From Minisyncoccota bacterium (GTDB lineage: Bacteria; Patescibacteriota; Minisyncoccia; Phycocordibacterales; Phycocordibacteraceae): 64,000 nt of DNA. Location: contig JAQVIY010000003.1 of the NCBI GenBank assembly GCA_028695415.1, positions 47,132-111,131 of the forward strand, written 5' to 3'. The notes under the pieces are model-generated. The model saw only the letters and a program-made list of their open reading frames with translations, searched no databases and had not been told where the DNA came from. How positions within the stretch are numbered: the first letter of the stretch is position 1; every line of letters starts with the position of its first letter. Shown here in pieces: positions 19,562 through 27,421 of this stretch. Position numbers and translations under genes: made by a program.

Positions 19562-20359
19562 ATGATGATGACCGCGAGGATCACATCAGAGCAAGAGAAG
19601 CAATTCAATCGTTTCGTCGAGGACGCCATCAGCAAGGCGCGCAAAGAAGTCGATCCCGACAAGGATGGCCTCCAGCGGCTCATCGAGCGTGGGGGCGAGT
19701 TCCAGGCTTACGTCGTGGCTGGCATTGCACGTTTCGCTGCAAAAGCACCGGACTACGACCTGGCTCGAACCATTCTCGGCAAGGATTTCATTTCTCCCGA
19801 GGATATCATGAAGTCGCGCAGGGGGTTCATCTACACGGACGATCAGCTCGCGCAGTACGGCGACACTGTGCCTTCGCAAGAAGTGCTTGAGTGGTGTCGC
19901 GACAACGACTACATGCTCGTCGCTGGCCCCAACCGCCCTATGTCGCTCCTCGATGTCCGCGATCTCAAGCGCGACCACTTCTACTCGAAGGAAGGCGGCT
20001 GGTACGCGGAGCAGAAGTTCGCGGAGAACGACAAGGTTGATACTCGATGGGTCATGCTTCGCAAAGGGCCGGTTCTCAATTCGACCTCGAAGAACTGGAA
20101 TGAGCAGCAGACTCTCCTGTCCGAGACCGAGGTGACGCCCAACGTCGCCGGAGTCGCCTGGTGCGTTACCACGTACAAGGCGGTCAGGAACGTCTACTTG
20201 CTTCCGGGTGTCTACGTCCGCACTTCTTCGCTGGACTCGGACGGCGTTCGTGTGAGCGTCGGCAGCTTCGATGCCAGGGGTCTCCGCGTCAGCGGCGGCT
20301 GGGGCGGCCGCCGCGGCGATGGCCTCGGTCTCGCGTCTTCCCGGAAGACTGAAACTTGA
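19562..20359 (+). CDS. DGR target (variable) protein, probable C-terminal C-type-lectin-like fold
   Basis: VR encodes the C-terminus (LDSDG..V.VGSFD..GL.V...W......GLGLASSRK); AAGGAG SD. Confidence 0.92.
   Translation: MMMTARITSEQEKQFNRFVEDAISKARKEVDPDKDGLQRLIERGGEFQAYVVAGIARFAAKAPDYDLARTILGKDFISPEDIMKSRRGFIYTDDQLAQYGDTVPSQEVLEWCRDNDYMLVAGPNRPMSLLDVRDLKRDHFYSKEGGWYAEQKFAENDKVDTRWVMLRKGPVLNSTSKNWNEQQTLLSETEVTPNVAGVAWCVTTYKAVRNVYLLPGVYVRTSSLDSDGVRVSVGSFDARGLRVSGGWGGRRGDGLGLASSRKTET
20231..20344 (+). repeat. DGR variable repeat (VR)
   Basis: 98/114 identical to 20713-20826; all differences lie opposite TR adenines. Confidence 0.97.
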
Positions 20360-20389
20360 TCTCTTGAGGACTTGTTCCTCTTGAATCCT

Positions 20390-20417
20390 CGACCACTTGC
20401 GCTTGCGCAAGTGGTCG
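20390..20417. other. Hairpin/cruciform downstream of the VR (candidate homing signal)
   Basis: Perfect inverted repeat CGACCACTTGCGC-TT-GCGCAAGTGGTCG, 45 bp after the VR. Confidence 0.75.
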
Positions 20418-20712
20418 TTTTCTTTGATATACTATTACGTATCACGCTAATGAAGGTCGGGTTACGGTTCGACCTCGCGGGATGTCTCACTTGAGATTCG
20501 CCAGAGTATCGTCGATCCACGGGTCACGATAGTGTGCGAAACAGGATAGAGATTCTAACTTCTTGCCCATTTTTTGAGAAGGTGTCCCTCGGGGCTGCTT
20601 CCGCAATACATTCAAGATTGAGAGGATATAGGCATGTGGCATAAGGCTCTGCGGTAACCCTCAAAGTCTGGTGCCGCGCACAAGCGGGTTATAGATGGAA
20701 ATGGGTAAACAA

Positions 20713-20826
20713 CTGGACTCGGACGGCAATCGTGTGAACGTCGGCAGCTTCGATGCCAAGGGTCTCAACGTCAACAACAACTGGGACGACAACCGCAGCG
20801 ATGGCCTCGGTCTCGCGTCTTCCCGG
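20713..20826 (+). repeat. DGR template repeat (TR)
   Basis: AAC-rich copy of the VR; 24 adenines, all at codon positions 1-2. Confidence 0.97.
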
Positions 20827-20868
20827 CAGTCGTTTCTCTATCTCGAAGAGACTCGCTCATGCGAGTCT

Positions 20869-21222
20869 CTATCGTTCTTTAGTAGAGCGAATCCAACCGC
20901 CGAGCATACGGCCAATCTCGTCAATATGAGTCTCAAGAACAAGATACTTCTTGTTGTCAATAGTCCTCATATCTTTCGTGAGGCGTATGAGAACGCGGAG
21001 CACATTCAACTGCACGCTTGCTGATTCAAGTACTGGCAATTTCTCCACTTTCCCCGATTGACTTGCAAGAAGTATCGCTTCAAGCACATCAAGAATACAA
21101 TTCTCACAACGTTGCCAGATTGTATATCGATCTTGCTTCGAAACATCACCGCGGTATCCGTAGAACGTCTTATACAGGTCGTAACACTTCTTAAAAATCG
21201 GTATATCTAGATTGTTAATCAT
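20869..21222 (-). CDS. avd: Accessory variability determinant (Avd-like four-helix bundle)
   Basis: IPIFKKCYDL..DRYTI..EIGRMLGGWIR; 117 aa; located between TR and RT. Confidence 0.9.
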   Translation of the reverse strand: MINNLDIPIFKKCYDLYKTFYGYRGDVSKQDRYTIWQRCENCILDVLEAILLASQSGKVEKLPVLESASVQLNVLRVLIRLTKDMRTIDNKKYLVLETHIDEIGRMLGGWIRSTKER

Positions 21223-22299
21223 ATGAAGGTGTATAGGAACTTATTTGAATCAATAATCTCGACAGAGAATCTGTTCGAGGCGTGGGACGTGTTCAAACGC
21301 GACAAGAGGAATAGACCAGATGTCGAAAGATTCGAGAAGAATATCGAGCAAGAAGTATTCAATCTTTCGCATGAGCTTCGTACAAAAACGTATTGGCATG
21401 GGTCGTACTATGCTTTTCTGATTCGCGATCCAAAATTACGGAATATCAATAAGGCAACGGTGCGCGACCGAGTTCTGCATCATGCGATATTTAAGATTTT
21501 GAATCCTATTTTTGAACCAACCTTTATACTGACCTCCTTTTCTTGTCGTATCGGAAAAGGGACGCATAAGGGAGTGGAGTATTTGGCGAATTCGTTGCGG
21601 GCGGTGAGTCAGAATAATATCCATTCTTGTTTCGCATTGAAGTGCGATGTACGTAAGTTCTTCGACAGTATTGATCACGAAACCCTTCTCGGGGTTCTTA
21701 GGAGAAGGATTCTTGATGAAGACACGCTCTGGTTGCTCGATAATGTTATTAATAGTTACGAGACGGGCTTTACGAGAGAGAGAGAGAGAGAGAGAGAGAG
21801 TAAAAATGCGCCGAAAAAAGGCGTACCCATCGGCAATCTCACGAGCCAGCTTTTTGCCAATATCTATATGAATGAGTTGGATCAATTTGTGAAGCATGAA
21901 TTGCGAGTGAAATATTATGCGCGGTATACGGATGACTTTGTAATCCTATCAGATGACCGGGCATATCTAGAGAGTCTTATTCCGCAAATAGCAGGATTCT
22001 TGAAAACGCGATTGTCACTGTCGCTCCACCCAGACAAAGTCTTCATTCGGAAATACAATCAGGGTATAGACTTCCTCGGCTACGTCATTTTGCCGAAACA
22101 TGTAAGAGTGCGGACTCAGACGCGAAGACGGATTTTCAAAAAGATGCGTAAACAGGTTGTTTTGTTCAAGAACGGAATCATCGGTAAACCGACGTTGCTT
22201 GGTTCCTTAAACTCATATCTCGGCGTGTTATCTCATGCAGATGCCTACGAGCTGTCCGAAGATCTCAAAAATCAATTCTGGTTCTGGATGAACGATTAA
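21223..22299 (+). CDS. DGR reverse transcriptase
   Basis: RDRVLHHAI, SFSCRIGKGTH, LKCDVRKFFDSIDH, GVPIGNLTSQLFANIY, RYTDD, GIDFLGY. Confidence 0.96.
   Translation: MKVYRNLFESIISTENLFEAWDVFKRDKRNRPDVERFEKNIEQEVFNLSHELRTKTYWHGSYYAFLIRDPKLRNINKATVRDRVLHHAIFKILNPIFEPTFILTSFSCRIGKGTHKGVEYLANSLRAVSQNNIHSCFALKCDVRKFFDSIDHETLLGVLRRRILDEDTLWLLDNVINSYETGFTRERERERESKNAPKKGVPIGNLTSQLFANIYMNELDQFVKHELRVKYYARYTDDFVILSDDRAYLESLIPQIAGFLKTRLSLSLHPDKVFIRKYNQGIDFLGYVILPKHVRVRTQTRRRIFKKMRKQVVLFKNGIIGKPTLLGSLNSYLGVLSHADAYELSEDLKNQFWFWMND
21774..21800 (+). repeat. (GA)13G microsatellite within the RT gene
   Basis: 27-nt perfect dinucleotide tract encoding an Arg-Glu run. Confidence 0.95.
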
Positions 22300-22335
22300 A
22301 TTCCTATTTATCCAAAAATACGCTAGGGTGGTCTG

Positions 22336-23853
22336 ATGGCACGAGAAGAAAGCGTCATCAGTTTTGAGGAGGTCTCCTTTGAATACGGGCACAATAAACC
22401 CATCTTAGATGAGGTCTCTTTCACGCTGCGCCGCGGGATGAAGATGGCAGTGATGGGGCAGAACGGCGCGGGGAAGTCGACCCTCTTCTCCTTGATGACG
22501 GGCGAGAAGAAGCCCGAGAACGGTGAGATACATATGAGTCACGGAATGAAAGTGGCGCTGGCATCGCAAGTGATTCCGCGCGAGAAGATGGGGCTCTCGG
22601 TGCGCGATTTCTTCGCTTCGTATTTTGATAAAAAAGTGTATAACATCGACCCGAAGATCGATGCGGTGCTTGAGGTAGTAAATCTCGAACATTACCACAA
22701 GGGCACTTCTATTTCTCTAAGCCCGAGTACAGGCGAGAGAAATAAGTCGCACCAAAAATTGCACGATAGGGAGGTGAAGACCTTCTCTGGCGGTCAGCAA
22801 GCGCGTCTCCTCTTAGCCTCGGCGCTCATACAGGAGCCTGATCTCTTGCTTCTTGACGAGCCGACGAACAATTTGGATAAGGCCGGTATCGAACACCTCA
22901 CCAAATTCCTCGTGGGTTATACGGGGACGGTCGTCGTGATCTCGCATGACGCGGAGTTCTTGAACGCCTTCACTACCGGCGTACTCTACCTCGACATCTT
23001 CACGCGGAAGATTGAGCAATACCCGGGCAACTATCACGATGTGCAGCGCGATATTCTCATTCGTATTGAGAAAGAAAACAGAAAGAACGCCCAGCTCGAG
23101 AAGAAAATTCAAGAGAATAAAGACAAGGCGAACTTCTTTGCTCAGAAGGGAGGCAAGATGCGTCTCGTCGCGAAGAAGATGCGTACCGAGGTCGAAGAGA
23201 TGGAAGGAGAAATCGTGGATGTGCGCAAGGAGGACAAGACCATTCGACCGTTTGCGATACCCGCACAAGAAGAGTTGAGCGGGGTCGTCTTCGCGCTCGA
23301 GTCGTATACGCTCCCGCATGGCAAGAAGCCCCTGAAGAAGAAGGCACATGTCTCGCTTCGTAAGAATGAACACCTCCTTCTCAAAGGTCCGAACGGCATC
23401 GGCAAATCGACTCTGCTTGAAGCGGTAGCGAAAGGCGTTGCCGAGGGTGCAACGATATCTGAGGACGTAAAGGTCGGCTACTACCGACAGGATTTCTCTA
23501 CGCTCGATTTCAATAAGACCGTGTATGACACGCTTATGGAAAACATGGGACAGCCGGACGAAAAGCGCATGCGCACCGTCGCCGCCGGATTCCTGATCAC
23601 GGGAGATACTATATATACGAAGATCGGCAGTCTCTCGGAGGGACAGAAAGGGTTAGTCGCCTTCGCCTCGCTTGTCTTGGAACGCCCCGGACTCCTCATT
23701 CTCGATGAACCGACCAACCATATCAACTTCCGCCATCTGCCGCTTATCGCGAAAGCGCTCGATCAGTATGCAGGTGCGATGATACTCGTCTCGCACGTCC
23801 CTGAATTCGTTTCTCAGATACGCATCGACGATGTGCTCGATCTAGAGAAATAG
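22336..23853 (+). CDS. ABC-F family ATPase
   Basis: Two ABC domains (GQNGAGKS/FSGGQ/LLDEPTNNLD; GPNGIGKS/LSEGQ/LDEPTNH), no TM segments. Confidence 0.92.
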   Translation: MAREESVISFEEVSFEYGHNKPILDEVSFTLRRGMKMAVMGQNGAGKSTLFSLMTGEKKPENGEIHMSHGMKVALASQVIPREKMGLSVRDFFASYFDKKVYNIDPKIDAVLEVVNLEHYHKGTSISLSPSTGERNKSHQKLHDREVKTFSGGQQARLLLASALIQEPDLLLLDEPTNNLDKAGIEHLTKFLVGYTGTVVVISHDAEFLNAFTTGVLYLDIFTRKIEQYPGNYHDVQRDILIRIEKENRKNAQLEKKIQENKDKANFFAQKGGKMRLVAKKMRTEVEEMEGEIVDVRKEDKTIRPFAIPAQEELSGVVFALESYTLPHGKKPLKKKAHVSLRKNEHLLLKGPNGIGKSTLLEAVAKGVAEGATISEDVKVGYYRQDFSTLDFNKTVYDTLMENMGQPDEKRMRTVAAGFLITGDTIYTKIGSLSEGQKGLVAFASLVLERPGLLILDEPTNHINFRHLPLIAKALDQYAGAMILVSHVPEFVSQIRIDDVLDLEK

Positions 23854-23868
23854 AACGGGTCGTCTGGC

Positions 23869-25044
23869 TTAGGCGGTGATGCTCGCAGCCGATTCTTTTA
23901 GCACGGCGGCAGGCCGGTAGTAGCGGAACATGAACCATCCGGCGCCAAGTGCGCCGAAGGCGCACATGATGAGCGTGACACGCGGCGATATCCCAAGAGC
24001 GATGATGCCCGCTGCAATCAGAAGTCCGGCAACTGCTCCGATATCCCAACTCGTCTCGTGGTGCCACGCCGCTTTGAGCGGATATCCGCTTTCTCGGATG
24101 CATCCGTATGACATCTGCGAGTGCGCCATGTAGTAGGCGACCGAAGCGATGCTGGCGAGCACATTGAAGCCGATGATAGCCTCGGGTGTAACGCCAAAGA
24201 TCGCTCTGCCGGTAAGATCGACGAACATAAGCAGTGCACCGGTAGCCGCGAGCCAGTGTTTCGGGATGGCGTCAAAATGTTTCCCAAGCAGATAGTCCCC
24301 GAGCGCATACAAAAGAGCAGCGATAGCTAAGAGCACGCCGAAGCCTAGGAAATCCGAATCCGCTGCAGTGAACAGCACGATCGGCCACATAATACCCATG
24401 CCTGCCGAGAAGAAGCCTTCTGCGATCAGGATGCCTCGCAAACGCGCGATGGATTCCGCACGAGGTTCCGGTCGTTCGTCCTTGTGCGCTGGTGGTTGTT
24501 TCGGAAGGGCGAAGAGGGGGATGCAGGAGAATAGTGCGAAGAGAGCACCCGCGCCAAACGAGAGCAGCGCGCCATGCGTGGCAAGCAGATACCCGCTTAC
24601 GACACTGCCGAGCACTTGTACTACCTGAGCGAGCGCTTCTCTCGTGCCGAAGTTTGCTGCCCCGCCTGTTCTGCCCATAACGCTGACCCAATAAGCGTGG
24701 TAGTAGGTGAAATATATCGATTCGGCAAGCGCGAAGGAGAAGATGAAGACGAACAGCCAGGCTCCGAAAGTGTGCACGGGAAATGCGGCGAGATAGCGGA
24801 AAGGGAACAGAAGCGTACCGATGATGAGGCCGTTCCTGAGGTCAGTACGCTCCATGAGCGGGAGTAAGAGCTTGCGCAAGGTGAAGCGCAGCGCAAAAAC
24901 GCCTGCCATGGTAAGCGCAAGATCTAGGAACGTGAAGCCTTGCTTATAGAAATAGGCCAGGAAGAATGATCCGGCACATACTTCACCGAGCGTTTTCAGG
25001 GAATTGTGGAGATAAAAGAATTCGAGCGAGCGGTTGTCTTGCAT
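23869..25044 (-). CDS. MFS-like transporter
   Basis: About 12 hydrophobic segments in two halves. Confidence 0.75.
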   Translation of the reverse strand: MQDNRSLEFFYLHNSLKTLGEVCAGSFFLAYFYKQGFTFLDLALTMAGVFALRFTLRKLLLPLMERTDLRNGLIIGTLLFPFRYLAAFPVHTFGAWLFVFIFSFALAESIYFTYYHAYWVSVMGRTGGAANFGTREALAQVVQVLGSVVSGYLLATHGALLSFGAGALFALFSCIPLFALPKQPPAHKDERPEPRAESIARLRGILIAEGFFSAGMGIMWPIVLFTAADSDFLGFGVLLAIAALLYALGDYLLGKHFDAIPKHWLAATGALLMFVDLTGRAIFGVTPEAIIGFNVLASIASVAYYMAHSQMSYGCIRESGYPLKAAWHHETSWDIGAVAGLLIAAGIIALGISPRVTLIMCAFGALGAGWFMFRYYRPAAVLKESAASITA

Positions 25045-25144
25045 GGCCCGTATCATACCTCAGAGCAGAAGTCTCTCATATGCGGCCTGCGACGGACGGC
25101 GGATAACACCTCCTCTGTGTGTGCGGTGCGGTATAGTGGGAGTA

Positions 25145-26527
25145 ATGACAGAGTCGCACGGATTTGAAAAAGGATTCGAGAAAGCATTCGAGGTGCCGGC
25201 TGAGGCGCTCGAAAGGGGTATCGAATTCGCAGAGAAGGAGGAGAAAACGCTCATCAGTAAGAAGCCCTTCAGGCTCGCGGAGGAATACTGGGATACGCTC
25301 GGTCCGGGGCTCACCACCGGCGCAGCTGATGACGACCCCTCGGGTATCGCAACGTACTCGCAGGCGGGCGCGAGATATGGGCTTCAGCTCATCTGGTTCT
25401 CGCTCTTTACGTACCCCTTCATGGCGACCGTGCAGGAGATGTGTGCGCGTATCGGTATCGTGAGCGGACAGGGGCTCGCCGCCAACATTCGCCGCCATTA
25501 CGCCGCACGTACGCTCTATGTTGTTACCCTGCTTCTCTTCTTCGCGAATGCGCTCAACATCGCCGCCGACCTCGGTGCGATGTCGGCGGCAACGCGCCTC
25601 CTGCTCCCGGATATGGGGTTCGAATTGCTCGTTATCGTCTTCGCACTTCTCTCGCTCGGGCTCCAGATATTTACTACCTATGCGCGATATGCGAAGTACC
25701 TGAAGTATCTGACGCTTGCGCTCCTCTCGTATGTCGCAGTGGCATTTTCAGTCGGGCTCGATTGGGGTGATGTGCTCCGGCACACGCTTGTCCCCTCGAT
25801 GACATTCTCGAAAGAGCAGATATTCCTCATCTGCGGCATCCTCGGTACGACTATCTCGCCGTACCTCTTCTTCTGGCAGACCTCCCAAGAGGTCGAAGAG
25901 CGGATACTGAAGGGCGAAAGTACCGTTGAGGAGCGCCGCGCTCAAGTGAGTTCACAAACGATACGTCGGATGCGCACGGATGTATGGAGCGGGATGCTCT
26001 TCTCAAATCTCATCACCTTCTTTATCTTCGCCGCGACGGCCGGCACGCTCTACGCACACGGGATTACTAACATCGCCACCGCCGATCAGGCCGCGCTCGC
26101 GCTGAAGCCCTTCGGTGAATTCGCCTTCCTCCTCTTCGCCGCCGGCATTGTGGGCACCGGTCTTCTCGCGGTACCGGTACTCGCCGGCTCGACAGCGTAC
26201 GCTCTCTCTGAGAGTTTTGGTTGGAAGAATGGCCTCTACCACAAACTCAATCAGGCCTATGCCTTCTACGGCGTCATTATCATCTCGATGCTTATCGGTA
26301 TCGCCGCAAACTTTGCGCACTTTGACCCGATACAGATGCTGGTGTATGCCGCCGTCGCGAATGGCGTGATAGCGCCGGTGATTCTCTTCTTCGTCGTGCG
26401 CCTCTCAAGCAACGCACATATCATGGGCGAATATGTGAACCGCCCGTTCGTTTCGAAGCTCGGCTGGATGACTATCGGCTTCATGGCGCTCTCCGGCATC
26501 GCTGCCGTCGCGACGATGTTCATGTAA
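25145..26527 (+). CDS. NRAMP-family divalent metal transporter
   Basis: LGPGLTTGAADDDPSGIATYSQAGA, GTTISPYLFFWQ. Confidence 0.92.
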   Translation: MTESHGFEKGFEKAFEVPAEALERGIEFAEKEEKTLISKKPFRLAEEYWDTLGPGLTTGAADDDPSGIATYSQAGARYGLQLIWFSLFTYPFMATVQEMCARIGIVSGQGLAANIRRHYAARTLYVVTLLLFFANALNIAADLGAMSAATRLLLPDMGFELLVIVFALLSLGLQIFTTYARYAKYLKYLTLALLSYVAVAFSVGLDWGDVLRHTLVPSMTFSKEQIFLICGILGTTISPYLFFWQTSQEVEERILKGESTVEERRAQVSSQTIRRMRTDVWSGMLFSNLITFFIFAATAGTLYAHGITNIATADQAALALKPFGEFAFLLFAAGIVGTGLLAVPVLAGSTAYALSESFGWKNGLYHKLNQAYAFYGVIIISMLIGIAANFAHFDPIQMLVYAAVANGVIAPVILFFVVRLSSNAHIMGEYVNRPFVSKLGWMTIGFMALSGIAAVATMFM

Positions 26528-26537
26528 CCCTCTACCT

Positions 26538-27299
26538 ATGGAACAAAAATCAATCACGGAAGCGCTTGATCTCTCGGGAAAGGTCGCCATTGTCACGGGC
26601 GGTGCGGCGGGCATCGGCTACGCGATAGCAGAAAGACTCGCCGAGGCTGGAGCGAAAGTACTCATCGCTGATAAGAATGAGGAAGTGGCGCACGCCGCCG
26701 CCGCGAAACTCCCCGGTACCGGTATCGCCTCCGTCTGCGATGTCTCCGACGAGACGCAAGTGGAGGCGATGGTCGCGCATGCCGTTCGCGAGTTCGGTGG
26801 TATCGATATTCTCGTCAATAACGCGGGTATCTATCCTTTCAAATCAGTCATGGAAGCGACCAAAGAAGACTTTGAAAAGGTCATCCACACCAATCTCAAA
26901 GGCGCATTCTTCGCGGCGCGTGCGGCGGCGAAAGAGATGATAGCGCAAGGGAAGGGAGGCACGATCATAAACATCACTTCCGTCGACGCTCTCCATCCGT
27001 CATCGGTCGGGCTCGCGTTCTATGACGCGAGCAAGCACGGGCTCTGGGGCTTCACCAAGAATCTCGCGCTTGAGCTCGCGCCGCACCACATCCGCGTAAA
27101 TGCCATCGCTCCCGGCGTCGTCGCGACGCCGGGAACCGAGATGGGGAAGGCGGCAGATGCGCTTATCGGGAAGATACCGATGCACCGACTCGCCGATGCC
27201 GATGAGATAGGGAAGGCGGCGCTCTTCCTCGCCTCTGATCTTTCCTCCTATATGACCGGTTCGCAGGTCGTCGTCGACGGCGGCATCCTGCTTGCGTAA
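26538..27299 (+). CDS. Short-chain dehydrogenase/reductase
   Basis: TGGAAGIG, NNAG, YDASK. Confidence 0.93.
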   Translation: MEQKSITEALDLSGKVAIVTGGAAGIGYAIAERLAEAGAKVLIADKNEEVAHAAAAKLPGTGIASVCDVSDETQVEAMVAHAVREFGGIDILVNNAGIYPFKSVMEATKEDFEKVIHTNLKGAFFAARAAAKEMIAQGKGGTIINITSVDALHPSSVGLAFYDASKHGLWGFTKNLALELAPHHIRVNAIAPGVVATPGTEMGKAADALIGKIPMHRLADADEIGKAALFLASDLSSYMTGSQVVVDGGILLA

Positions 27300-27328
27300 T
27301 ACGCCCCGTATTGTATTATTGAGCCATC

Positions 27329-27417
27329 GCCCACGGGCCCGTACACTAAGTCCCGCACTACGCGGAGCGTGTGGTTGAGGACCGATACGAAACTTAGTGT
27401 CCGGGCGGGCATTTTTT
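27329..27417 (+). promoter_or_regulatory. Structured 5' leader of typA
   Basis: 15-bp stem 27337-27351/27392-27406 (one mismatch) followed by a T-tract just before the ATG. Confidence 0.45.
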
Positions 27418-27421
27418 ATTT

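Larger units (their letters stand above)
19562..22299. mobile_element. Diversity-generating retroelement (target-VR, hairpin, TR, avd, RT)
   Basis: 114-bp TR/VR pair with 16 mismatches all at TR adenines, Avd-like protein and DGR-type RT. Confidence 0.97.

Noticed and set aside
19586-20410. 274-aa antisense ORF over the DGR target, and other shadow ORFs
   Set aside because: Expected in GC-rich coding DNA; no motifs or start signals
20695-21024. 109-aa ORF resembling the target C-terminus
   Set aside because: It is the TR read in frame, running antisense into avd; similarity is explained by the repeat
21223-22299. RT as a group II intron, retron or CRISPR-associated RT
   Set aside because: No maturase extension, intron ends, msr/msd or cas genes seen; TR/VR and avd explain it
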